From positions 1 through 42,115 of IMG/VR virus record IMGVR_UViG_3300032136_000009: DNA of 42,115 nt, one strand, 5' to 3'. How positions within the stretch are numbered: position 1 is the stretch's first letter; every line of letters starts with the position of its first letter. Source of the DNA: a virus. Taxonomy: Duplodnaviria; Caudoviricetes. The notes under the pieces are model-generated. The model was not told the origin of the DNA and ran no database searches. It worked only from the letters and a program-made list of their open reading frames with translations. Positions 27,165 to 34,822 of the stretch are shown piece after piece. A program made the translations under genes and the position numbers.

Positions 27165-28103
27165 CTACTGTTTAACGACGCGTCTCACTACCTTCTTTCC
27201 GCTTTTCACTCCCTCCTTTCCTCGTTCTTTGCGTTGTCCGATTAGGAACTCTTGCGTAGCTGGGTCTGACTCACGCGCCTTGCCCAGCTGGAGAGCGTTG
27301 TAACCCTTCACCGTACCCTTGAAAGCGCCGAGCAACGTCTCGTACCCAACGCCTTCCTTGATCTGGATGAACTGCGGGAGCTTGCCAAATCCTGCGATTG
27401 GACGATGTCCTGCCCAGATCATCTCGTCACCTTCTGTCACTATACAACGGACGGTCCGGTTCTGTTCGTCCTTGAAGTATTCCCCGTAGAAGAACATGTC
27501 CACCAATGCCTGCACAACCGAGCGACACTGCCCCGACATGTCCGGGTACACCCGATCGTACTCTTCGCCGGTTCGGCTCTTGTGATGTTCGCTCTTGCTG
27601 TGTCCCGTGAAGCACACTCCTCTACCCGTCCGCTTGAGCCGATGAATCTGATCCATGAACTCCCGCTTGATGAACTTCCAGCTCTTGCCTCGGTCCTGTA
27701 CGCCGTACTCATCCGTTCCGGGATAGCTGATGTTCAACTCCTCGCAGACCCAATCCATGCACATGTCATAGGCTCGAGCCGCTGTGTCGATGACCACGTT
27801 CTTGAACCGCTTGCTCTGTTCCAGTAGGTCCACAGCGGCACGGAAGTCATTCCAGTTCCGTATGCCTCCTTGCTCATGGTTGAACTCAAAAATGCTCAGC
27901 CCCTGTGCTCCGGGTTCCGTCATCAGGAAAATCGTCTCGGGGTAGCTGGAGAAGAACGTAGTCTTGCCCCATTTCTCTCTACCATAGACGAGCGTTGTGT
28001 AGTGCTGAAGGTTGGTGTCTACAGGCTTGGGAGCTTCTGGCAGAGTAAACTCCTCACCGGTCGCTGCCTTGGACTTGATGGTCCGTTTGATCTTACGCGC
28101 CAT
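27165..28103 (-). CDS. AAA_24/Sak4-like ATPase (recombination)
   Basis: LVYGREKWGKTT, VVIDT, FTGH; adjacent to nuclease and SSB. Confidence 0.85.
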   Translation of the reverse strand: MARKIKRTIKSKAATGEEFTLPEAPKPVDTNLQHYTTLVYGREKWGKTTFFSSYPETIFLMTEPGAQGLSIFEFNHEQGGIRNWNDFRAAVDLLEQSKRFKNVVIDTAARAYDMCMDWVCEELNISYPGTDEYGVQDRGKSWKFIKREFMDQIHRLKRTGRGVCFTGHSKSEHHKSRTGEEYDRVYPDMSGQCRSVVQALVDMFFYGEYFKDEQNRTVRCIVTEGDEMIWAGHRPIAGFGKLPQFIQIKEGVGYETLLGAFKGTVKGYNALQLGKARESDPATQEFLIGQRKERGKEGVKSGKKVVRRVVKQ

Positions 28104-28106
28104 TGC

Positions 28107-29096
28107 CTACTTCCTCCTGTCGTAGCCGAGGAACGATCCCGTCGCACACACGCGTATGAACGGGCAGCTCCACTTCGTTATGCAGGCTCCTTCGTTGCGG
28201 TACGTTGGGAGCTCGCCGTTTAACCATGCTTGGAAGTCGATGAGCTTCTGTTCAAGCTCGTGTTTGAACCGGATGAGGTTCTTACGACGAATGACGACGG
28301 GGTAACGCACGAAGAATCCTTTAGGATCCTTGCTGCTTTCCTTGAGCGCGCGTTGTTCGATCTGCGCATCGGTGAGCTTGTCCATTCTCCATTGTGGTTT
28401 GCGGATAACATTATAGAGAACCTGATGTACGCGCCTTGGGTGCAATTCGATCTCAGTAGCGAGTGCGTACATCAGGTTCTGTGCATCAAAGCCGACTGCG
28501 TCGTTAAGGTCAACGCTGATGGCTGCTTTAGTTTTAGTCTCCAGCACGTCGAGCTTACCATCCTCCTCAAACATGCCATCCCGATACCCGAACAGCCAGA
28601 ACCCCTTGAAGTTCACGCGGAACTCTTTCTCCGCGCCTATCCACTTGCGTCGGGTGAAGTCTGTGCTGTGGAACCGCACGTAAGCAGGCATGAACCCCGC
28701 GACCAACGCTTCGCAACGTTCGATCATCTTGCCGTCACCACCACGCTTGAACGCATCGGCTCGGGCGTCTTCGAGCCAACCCTCTAGCAGATCTGGTAGG
28801 TTCTTGACCATCTGTTGGTGAAGGCGTTGGCTGGGTCGTTCGCCTTTAACGTGCTCGTAGAGCTGCTCAAGGACAAAGTGGAACAGTCCGCCGAAGGTCA
28901 GGCTCTCCTTACTCTCAATCCTCTTCCAGCCTTGGCACTCGTACTTACACTTCTGTCGGCAGGCGAGGAAGCTTTGTAACCGACTATAGCTCACTCCGCG
29001 TTGCATGTCGTAGCTCATCTCATTGGTTGGTTCGGGTGGCTGTTCTACCCGTTTGACCTTCCGCAGCTTGAGCCGGACAATACGCTTCTTACTCAT
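28107..29096 (-). CDS. PD-(D/E)XK exonuclease (RecB/Cas4-like)
   Basis: SYSRLQSFLAC, FGGLFH, GYRDG, VLETKT, QNLMYA, C-terminal C..WSCPF..VC. Confidence 0.85.
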   Translation of the reverse strand: MSKKRIVRLKLRKVKRVEQPPEPTNEMSYDMQRGVSYSRLQSFLACRQKCKYECQGWKRIESKESLTFGGLFHFVLEQLYEHVKGERPSQRLHQQMVKNLPDLLEGWLEDARADAFKRGGDGKMIERCEALVAGFMPAYVRFHSTDFTRRKWIGAEKEFRVNFKGFWLFGYRDGMFEEDGKLDVLETKTKAAISVDLNDAVGFDAQNLMYALATEIELHPRRVHQVLYNVIRKPQWRMDKLTDAQIEQRALKESSKDPKGFFVRYPVVIRRKNLIRFKHELEQKLIDFQAWLNGELPTYRNEGACITKWSCPFIRVCATGSFLGYDRRK

Positions 29097-29313
29097 CGTT
29101 AAGATCTCCCGGAGGGTTATGACTCGCTTGCTCCTCGTAGAGCTGTTCTAGCATGCCTGCCGCCTTCCAAAGCTCATGACACCGAGGACAGTAGAATGGA
29201 CCCTTATCGCAAATCTGCATATGGCAGATTAGAGCTTTGAGGTGTGAGGAACGCTTTTCTAGCGCCTCGACTCGGTTGTTGTAGTCCGATAGTATTTCGT
29301 TAACGCTATCCAT
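29089..29313 (-). CDS. Hypothetical small Cys/His protein
   Basis: MDSVNE...CHMQIC...CPRCH; overlaps the UDG stop. Confidence 0.55.
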   Translation of the reverse strand: MDSVNEILSDYNNRVEALEKRSSHLKALICHMQICDKGPFYCPRCHELWKAAGMLEQLYEEQASHNPPGDLNDE

Positions 29314-29848
29314 GTGATCTCTTCCTTGCCGCAATCTTGAACACCGTAGCCAACCCACGAACGAACGTTCTGTACGCGCTACTCGTTGTTCCTCCGCACC
29401 GCAGCACAAACGCCGGATGTACCAAGCTCACTGCATTAGGCCAAGCTCGTTTGCAATGCTTCTCGGCAACCTTACCTAAGAAGACTACGAAGTCAGGCTG
29501 CACCCTATCATACGTGAACTTGAGTCTCGGCCAACAGGCTAATGCTTCCTCAGCTGTTGGTTCGCGGTTTGGGCCTGCATGAGCATCGCAAGGACGGCAC
29601 GCTACTACGTTCGTTATGTAGTAGCTTGGTGCGCTTGCGCCGCTCATGCGTTCTGCGTCCTGTATTCCACGCTGGAGAAGCTTGCCGTTAGGACCGACGA
29701 AGGCTTCGCCGAGGATGTCTTCGGTCTTCCCCGGAGCTTCGCCAATGAAGAGGACTTCGGCAGGCCATTGGCCGCGTCCGGGTACACGCTTGGTCCGCGT
29801 GCTCTTAAGGTCGCAGCCCTTACACCGGAAACCCTTGAGGATGTGCAT
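29306..29848 (-). CDS. Uracil-DNA glycosylase, family 4 (Fe-S type)
   Basis: CKGC, FIGEAPG, AFVG, NVVACRP, NREP, LVHPA. Confidence 0.9.
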   Translation of the reverse strand: MHILKGFRCKGCDLKSTRTKRVPGRGQWPAEVLFIGEAPGKTEDILGEAFVGPNGKLLQRGIQDAERMSGASAPSYYITNVVACRPCDAHAGPNREPTAEEALACWPRLKFTYDRVQPDFVVFLGKVAEKHCKRAWPNAVSLVHPAFVLRCGGTTSSAYRTFVRGLATVFKIAARKRSHG

Positions 29849-29868
29849 GCTACTCCTAGGAGAAAATT

Positions 29869-29974
29869 GGGGTGCGTGCTACCATTACACTAAAGCCTAT
29901 CCAGTAGCTTGCTGGATTTATTAGGGCGCTACCCATGCGGCCTCCGGGAATCGAACCCAGTCTACACCCACCCC
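29869..29974 (-). ncRNA. Circularly permuted tRNA-like element (3' half precedes 5' half)
   Basis: GGGTG-TAGA-CTGGG TTCGATT CCCGG-AGGCC (29969-29939); linker with two hairpins; then GGCTT-TA-GTGT AATGGTA GCAC-G-CACCC(C) (29897-29869). Confidence 0.7.
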
Positions 29975-30466
29975 TTACAACAGACCCTGTGCAGCAAGCC
30001 CCATGCCCACTGCATCTGAAACATGATCCGGGTACGTCTGTCCCCATGTGCGTCGAATGCGTTGATCCACCACGCGTTTAGGGAGCTGCCCCTTCCACTC
30101 GTTAGGGCTGACGAGTCGCGGGAGTACACCCGTAGTCTGCTCATAACTGACTAACATGTACATCCCGCATAACGCGTAAAGCTTCCCAAGGTCCCCACGC
30201 TCCACGCATGCATGGCTCTTGGCGCTCTGGAACTGTTCGGGGTACTCTATCACAACTTCATTCGGCTGCCATATCGACAAAGACTCAGCGAACCACAGTG
30301 CTAGCCGGAACTGCCGTTCTCGCCAGTCTCCGCGCCCACCTGCACGCTGACGCACGGCATCGGGCGGTCCGTCGAGCTTACGAAAGAAGGCAAGGCCCGT
30401 CCCGCCCAGTCCGGGATCAACGAAGACGACGTTGGTGTGGAGACCTACCATCCAATCCTTATTCAT
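29975..30466 (-). CDS. RuvC-like Holliday junction resolvase
   Basis: FVDPGLGGTG, VIEYP, SPNEWK, DHVSDAVGMG. Confidence 0.8.
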   Translation of the reverse strand: MNKDWMVGLHTNVVFVDPGLGGTGLAFFRKLDGPPDAVRQRAGGRGDWRERQFRLALWFAESLSIWQPNEVVIEYPEQFQSAKSHACVERGDLGKLYALCGMYMLVSYEQTTGVLPRLVSPNEWKGQLPKRVVDQRIRRTWGQTYPDHVSDAVGMGLAAQGLL

Positions 30467-30942
30467 AGCCGCGTCCCCTCTCCACTTGGTTCACCGATGT
30501 AGCACCAATTCATCTCTTCTTCTACAGTCGTCCCGCGTTCTAACGCGCGGAAGATGGCGTCGTGCTGTTCGCGTAAGCCTATGTCAACTGGCTTGCGTGG
30601 AATTGGAACTAAGCAGCCCGACAGGAAGAGGAGCACGACTAAGACTGCAAAACTGGAACCCGTCGGAGGAGTCGAACCTCCTTGCCCCGTCCGTGGACAG
30701 TGGGTGCGTACGACGCACTGAACATCGACTGGCGGACTAACCTTTGGCCTCCTCGGATTAGCGTACTTGGCGTCCCAAGACTCTTTGCAACCGAGGCGCT
30801 CTCCCTGAGCTATGCGGGTACTGGAGTGGCCTTCGGGAATCGAACCCGAACCTCGCCGTGGTGGCTTCCCCTTACAGGAAAGGTGCACCCTTCTTGACAG
30901 GGGGCGTGCTACCATTACACCAAAGCCACTCTTCTTCATCAA
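30463..30942 (-). CDS. Small lipoprotein gene whose signal peptide is interrupted in frame by two tRNA-like units
   Basis: Lipobox LSGC after FAVLVVLLF; MKKS lies 276 nt upstream in the same frame; GGAG SD upstream; TGA overlaps the RuvC ATG. Confidence 0.55.
   Translation of the reverse strand: MMKKSGFGVMVARPLSRRVHLSCKGKPPRRGSGSIPEGHSSTRIAQGERLGCKESWDAKYANPRRPKVSPPVDVQCVVRTHCPRTGQGGSTPPTGSSFAVLVVLLFLSGCLVPIPRKPVDIGLREQHDAIFRALERGTTVEEEMNWCYIGEPSGEGTRL
30654..30819 (-). tRNA. Atypical 166-nt tRNA-like RNA (34-nt anticodon-loop region beginning TTGCAA, 69-nt variable region, encoded CCA)
   Basis: D arm TA-GCTC AGGGA GAGC; anticodon stem CCTCGG/CCGAGG; T arm GGAGG TTCGACT CCTCC; acceptor ACCCG/CGGGT (only 5 bp), then T-CCA. 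Confidence 0.7.
30822..30929 (-). tRNA. Atypical 108-nt tRNA-like RNA (hairpin inserted in anticodon loop, long variable arm, encoded CCA)
   Basis: Acceptor GTGGCTT/AGGCCAC + T-CCA; D arm GTGT AATGGTA GCAC; CCCC/GGGG stem enclosing CTGTCAA-GAAGGGTGCACCTTTC-CTGTAA; T arm TCGGG TTCGATT CCCGA. Confidence 0.75.
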
Positions 30943-30943
30943 T

Positions 30944-32302
30944 TTAACGTCTCCGCCTTGCGTTGAACTGTTGCCGGAGGATGGCGTCCATGGTTCCTGT
31001 GCTGCCTAAGGACTTCATCCTCAGCCCTTTGCTAATGTCTTCATCTATTGTGCCTTTGGTAATCATCTCGATGACCGTTAGCTCACGTTCCAGCTTGCTG
31101 AGATGCACGTTCCGGTCTTCCGTTTGGGTGCGCATCAGGTTTCCGAGTGGGTTGCTGTAGTAGATGCTCACATCCGCCCTGCTCAGTCGCATACCCATCT
31201 CGCCTACTGCGTGCTGAATGACCAGCGTGTCCAGCTTACCTTTATTGAACTGGTCCACGGCTTTCATCCGTAGAACCTTCTCCACCTTGCCTGTGAGCCT
31301 CTGCACGCGTCGACCTGCTTGTGCAAGTCTGCGGGTGATGTGATCTATCTCCAGCAAGAAACCCGCCCACACCACGACAGCATCTCCGTGGTATTCACCG
31401 TCGAGCAGGTGAACGAGGTCGTTGACCTTATCCTCGCAGACGAGTTCTTTGTCGAACCATCCTCCTGCTAGTCGGCGCATCCACGTATAGCGCGTTCCTG
31501 CCCAAACGGTCGTATCTAGCACACTACCGTTGAGCTGGAGTTCAAAATCATGCTCCATCTTGCGGTAAGCCTTCTTCAGATCCGCAGGGAGCTCAAAGCT
31601 CCGCGTAACGTAATGCTTGGTCGGCTCGAGGTTCCAGTCCTTCCGGCGCATCACACATGCCCGACCCGCAACGTACTTCTCCACGCGCTTACGCGTTCCG
31701 GGTAACGGGCACCACTTGTTATCCACAACCGTAAAGAGCTTCTTCCTACAAACCCACCAATCGGTGAACCCAAAAGCAAACCCATCGCAGAAGGCAAGCT
31801 GCGGCCAGAACTCTAAAAGGTGTTCGGGGTTTGGCGTACCGGTCATTACCCACCGATGCCGTACGTGGTCTAGTCTGTTCAACCAGAACCGTGCTCGTCG
31901 GGTGCGGAAGTTCTTAATGCAGGTGCTCTCGTCGATACACACACAGTCCCAGTCTACATGATCTTGACGTGCTATCTCAGGGATGTGTAAGTGGATGTCA
32001 GGGTGTGCAATGTTCCATTTCCGCGCGGCTCCCAGCTGGAGAAGACGTTCTGTTCGTGTGCCGTCGAGCGTCTGCCAGCTTGGCTCACCTTCTAGTTCAA
32101 GCTCTTCGATCCAGCTGCCATGCGCGCTCGTCGGTGCAATGATGAGGACGCGCAACTCTTCGGCTCGTGGTTTGTAGGCTTTGGCCCTGCGGATGAACAC
32201 GGTACTCTTCCCCATCCGTGGATCCACGAACAGAACCGGATGCTGCGTTTCGTAAGCGTAACGGAGCATCTGTTGCTGATGAGGCCAGAGTTGGCGTGCC
32301 AT
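30944..32302 (-). CDS. SNF2-like (SF2) helicase
   Basis: LWPHQ, DPRMGKS, CIDESTCIKN, MTGTP, GEMGMRL, QTEDR. Confidence 0.9.
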   Translation of the reverse strand: MARQLWPHQQQMLRYAYETQHPVLFVDPRMGKSTVFIRRAKAYKPRAEELRVLIIAPTSAHGSWIEELELEGEPSWQTLDGTRTERLLQLGAARKWNIAHPDIHLHIPEIARQDHVDWDCVCIDESTCIKNFRTRRARFWLNRLDHVRHRWVMTGTPNPEHLLEFWPQLAFCDGFAFGFTDWWVCRKKLFTVVDNKWCPLPGTRKRVEKYVAGRACVMRRKDWNLEPTKHYVTRSFELPADLKKAYRKMEHDFELQLNGSVLDTTVWAGTRYTWMRRLAGGWFDKELVCEDKVNDLVHLLDGEYHGDAVVVWAGFLLEIDHITRRLAQAGRRVQRLTGKVEKVLRMKAVDQFNKGKLDTLVIQHAVGEMGMRLSRADVSIYYSNPLGNLMRTQTEDRNVHLSKLERELTVIEMITKGTIDEDISKGLRMKSLGSTGTMDAILRQQFNARRRR

Positions 32303-32417
32303 GTCTCACTCCTAATAACGAGCTGCTCTGAGGAAGGGTGCGGGAAAGTGCGTAATCTACCCTTGCATGCCCCCAGAGCGAGCTCGCTGCCGCTGCACTT
32401 GCAGTCGGCTTCCACTT

Positions 32418-32457
32418 AAAAAGAAACCCCCCGAGCGGGAGTGAGTCGCTCGGGGGG
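32418..32457 (-). terminator. Rho-independent terminator
   Basis: Minus strand CCCCCCGAGCG-loop-CGCTCGGGGGG followed by TTTCTTTTT; a second hairpin (32467-32492) precedes it. Confidence 0.85.
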
Positions 32458-32512
32458 CTTTGCGGTCCGAACAGGCTGGGCAGACTGTTCGGTCCGGGGA
32501 TGCAGGGAAGGG

Positions 32513-33565
32513 TTAGCTAGCCTTGCTCACCTTACGGACGACACGGCGAGGTGCAGCCTTCGCTTGGGGGGTCTGCCCCTTGGCACCAGTAGGAGCTGGG
32601 GGCGTCTTTGCCTTGCGGGTCGCCTGCTTGGGCGTTTTACCCTTTTTGGGAGCCTGTTTCGGCTTGCTTGCCCCCTTCTGGGCTTTCACCTTTTTGCGAC
32701 TCTTTTTCTCCTTTTTGGGGCCGTCCCCCATCGCCACAACCTTCAGCTCCGGTCCCTTGTACTGGATGCCCCCATCCGGCGTCAAGGTGAACATCTCGGG
32801 ATGCATACCGAGCGTCCTGCGCCAGTAGTTCTTTCCTGGGACGTTGTCCTTCATCCACGCCTTGAGTTCCTTAACGCTCTTCCCCTTCTTGACGAGGCCG
32901 ACGATTTTCGCCATCACCTCATAGCGACGGGTCCCGAGCTTGAACCGCACCTTACTGTCGGGGTCGATGGGGTTCTTGCTTCCGGGAAGTACCGTAAAGG
33001 TAGTCTTCGCTGCCTTCAGGGTCTTCGCCTTGTTACTTTTCGGCTCCTTCTTCTTGCTGGCCATGGTAATGATGACCTCCTGATCTGGCTGTGCCCGACG
33101 ATCCGCTTCACGGCACTCTGCCGTAGCTGGATTGGGCGAGGTTAAGTGGGCGTGAACGCACTTGTCATTACAGAAGATGCCGTAGCCGTAGTCGACGGCG
33201 TTTGGGCCGACCTTCTTCTTGCACTTGTCATGAGTGCATCGTGCCCCTCTCTTGACCTTGCGTACAGGCATGGTCACTTCCTCCAACGCTCGTGCCCTTC
33301 GCTCCAAGAAGGGGGGAGAGAAGCTGTAGAGTAGCCCCTCAGCTTCTCTGGACCCCCTCAATTGGAGTTCGTAAGCAGTCGCACGTTCAATCTGGTCCAT
33401 GCGCCCACTCAACTTGCATCCTGAGAACACAACCTGAACGACCGAACGGACGAACCTCCCCCGCGTATCCTCATCCATCCGTGCACACGTATTCAGGAAC
33501 CAGAGAGCCTTCTCTCTGGGACTGATAGCTGGACGATCGAGAATTGCAAGTGCGCCTTCCGGCAT
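32513..33565 (-). CDS. Multi-start ORF: N-terminal helical domain + Cys/His Zn-like domain + Lys-rich histone-like C-terminal unit (starts 33565, 33271, 33064)
   Basis: Three in-frame ATGs, each after a strong SD (AAGGAG, GGAGG, CAGGAGG); the C-terminal 183 aa are very Lys/Ala/Pro-rich. Confidence 0.7.
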   Translation of the reverse strand: MPEGALAILDRPAISPREKALWFLNTCARMDEDTRGRFVRSVVQVVFSGCKLSGRMDQIERATAYELQLRGSREAEGLLYSFSPPFLERRARALEEVTMPVRKVKRGARCTHDKCKKKVGPNAVDYGYGIFCNDKCVHAHLTSPNPATAECREADRRAQPDQEVIITMASKKKEPKSNKAKTLKAAKTTFTVLPGSKNPIDPDSKVRFKLGTRRYEVMAKIVGLVKKGKSVKELKAWMKDNVPGKNYWRRTLGMHPEMFTLTPDGGIQYKGPELKVVAMGDGPKKEKKSRKKVKAQKGASKPKQAPKKGKTPKQATRKAKTPPAPTGAKGQTPQAKAAPRRVVRKVSKAS

Positions 33566-33592
33566 GCTGCTCACTCCTTTGCAGGGGCAACC

Positions 33593-33621
33593 ATTGTCGC
33601 TTGCACTTTCCCGCGTGCAAG
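33593..33621 (-). promoter_or_regulatory. Candidate sigma70 promoter overlapped by a 7-bp inverted repeat
   Basis: TTGCAC-16 nt-GACAAT with A-rich upstream sequence; CTTGCAC-N8-GTGCAAG at 33600-33621. Confidence 0.5.
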
Positions 33622-33652
33622 TTCTTTTTGACAGAAACGCAAAAGTAACCAC

Positions 33653-34093
33653 TCAACTGCCTTCCTTTACTTGGGGTTGGCTGTCCGCAGAATTTTTCGT
33701 TTCGCGCAAGTCCGTTAGAATCTTACGCGTGAACTTCTGCGCTTCCCGACGTTTGTCTTTCAAGCGGTTGAGCTTGCGGCGTGCAGCATCGATCTCCTTA
33801 TCTATGCTAGCCTTGATGTGTTCTTCTTCCTCCTGTGCTTTGAGAGCCTCAATCTTCTCACTCAGCGAACGGCAGAGGCTCTCAGCCTCTGTAATACGAA
33901 CAGGGAGGTTATCTAGCTCGGCTTGTGCTTCCTCTAACTCCTTCCTCGCAGCTTCCACCCGAGCAACGGTACGTTCGAAGATGACGCCTGAACGAGCGTT
34001 CTGAATAAACGCCCTCTCCGCATCCAAGCGTTCGCGCAGGGTACGGATAGCCCCCGCGCGAACGCCCTCCACTCTTTGCCTAAGTCGCTTCAT
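33653..34093 (-). CDS. Coiled-coil protein
   Basis: SD AAGGAG; heptad-rich. Confidence 0.7.
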   Translation of the reverse strand: MKRLRQRVEGVRAGAIRTLRERLDAERAFIQNARSGVIFERTVARVEAARKELEEAQAELDNLPVRITEAESLCRSLSEKIEALKAQEEEEHIKASIDKEIDAARRKLNRLKDKRREAQKFTRKILTDLRETKNSADSQPQVKEGS

Positions 34094-34109
34094 GCTATCT
34101 CAGGCTCCT

Positions 34110-34466
34110 TTACTTAGTGTCGGCCTTCTCTGTCTCTGCCTTCTTCTCCTTGAGAGCCTTGAGCTTGGCTTCCATTTCCTCGATCTGCTTGTTGAGCTTA
34201 GCAGTTCCATCTCCTTGAGCGATGAGGTACTCTTTACGGGTCGCCCAGTACTTCTCATTGTAGTCGCAGAACAGGAGGTCGCCTTTGTACCCAACGATGA
34301 AGCTCTGCCGCTTGAGTCGGCGGGTGGGGTGCTTGATCTCCGGGACGGCAGTCAGGTTAGTAGGTACTGCTTTCTTCTTCGTTCCCCCTTCCTCAGTTTG
34401 GGCTTGGCCTTGCGCCGAAGCCTTCTGTTGCCCAGACGTCTTTCCGTTCTTCTTATCCTTCGACAT
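34110..34466 (-). CDS. Hypothetical Lys-rich protein
   Basis: SD AAGGAG before MSKDKK. Confidence 0.7.
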   Translation of the reverse strand: MSKDKKNGKTSGQQKASAQGQAQTEEGGTKKKAVPTNLTAVPEIKHPTRRLKRQSFIVGYKGDLLFCDYNEKYWATRKEYLIAQGDGTAKLNKQIEEMEAKLKALKEKKAETEKADTK

Positions 34467-34514
34467 GTCCAACTCCTTTGCCCTCTTGGGCAGCTCGGTC
34501 CGCCGTCTGCGGAC

Positions 34515-34560
34515 CACACCCCCGAGCCTGCATCCACACTGGAGAAGGCTCGGGCGTGTG
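34515..34560. repeat. Intergenic hairpin with TCCACACTGGAGAAG in its loop region
   Basis: cccgagcct (34521-34529) / aggctcggg (34546-34554) plus flanking cacac/gtgtg. Confidence 0.65.
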
Positions 34561-34565
34561 GTTCG

Positions 34566-34814
34566 TTACCCTTCCATCTGTGCAGATGTACGCCAGTTTT
34601 CCAGTTCTACCTTGGCCGAGTCAATGTCCGCCGCCAAGTGCGACGTGTCAATGCCGTGCAGGTCCAGCTTCTCGAGATACTCGAACGTCCGGATGACGGT
34701 CCGGACCTCATCTCGGTCTTCCTTGTCCCATGGCCCCCAGCTCAAGTAGTGCTTGAGCTTGAAGCCTACCGCGTCCAACAGCATGAGCATTACCTTTTCG
34801 TTTGGTCGTCTCAT
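34566..34814 (-). CDS. Hypothetical protein
   Basis: SD AGGAGG. Confidence 0.65.
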   Translation of the reverse strand: MRRPNEKVMLMLLDAVGFKLKHYLSWGPWDKEDRDEVRTVIRTFEYLEKLDLHGIDTSHLAADIDSAKVELENWRTSAQMEG

Positions 34815-34822
34815 CGTTCCTC

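Noticed and set aside
29934-29974. tRNA 3' half as an attP core
   Set aside because: No integrase in the window, no CCA end, and a complementary 5' half follows it. Cannot be fully excluded for the unseen part of the genome.
30467-30472. GCGGCT just before the RuvC ATG could pair with GGCCGC after the T arm, enclosing the whole gene in an acceptor stem
   Set aside because: Only 6 bp over ~500 nt and no adjoining D arm; the local permuted pairing explains the 3' half better.
30654-30819. tmRNA interpretation
   Set aside because: It has a full D stem, is much shorter than typical tmRNA, and shows no G3-U70 pair or tag ORF ending in Ala-Ala.
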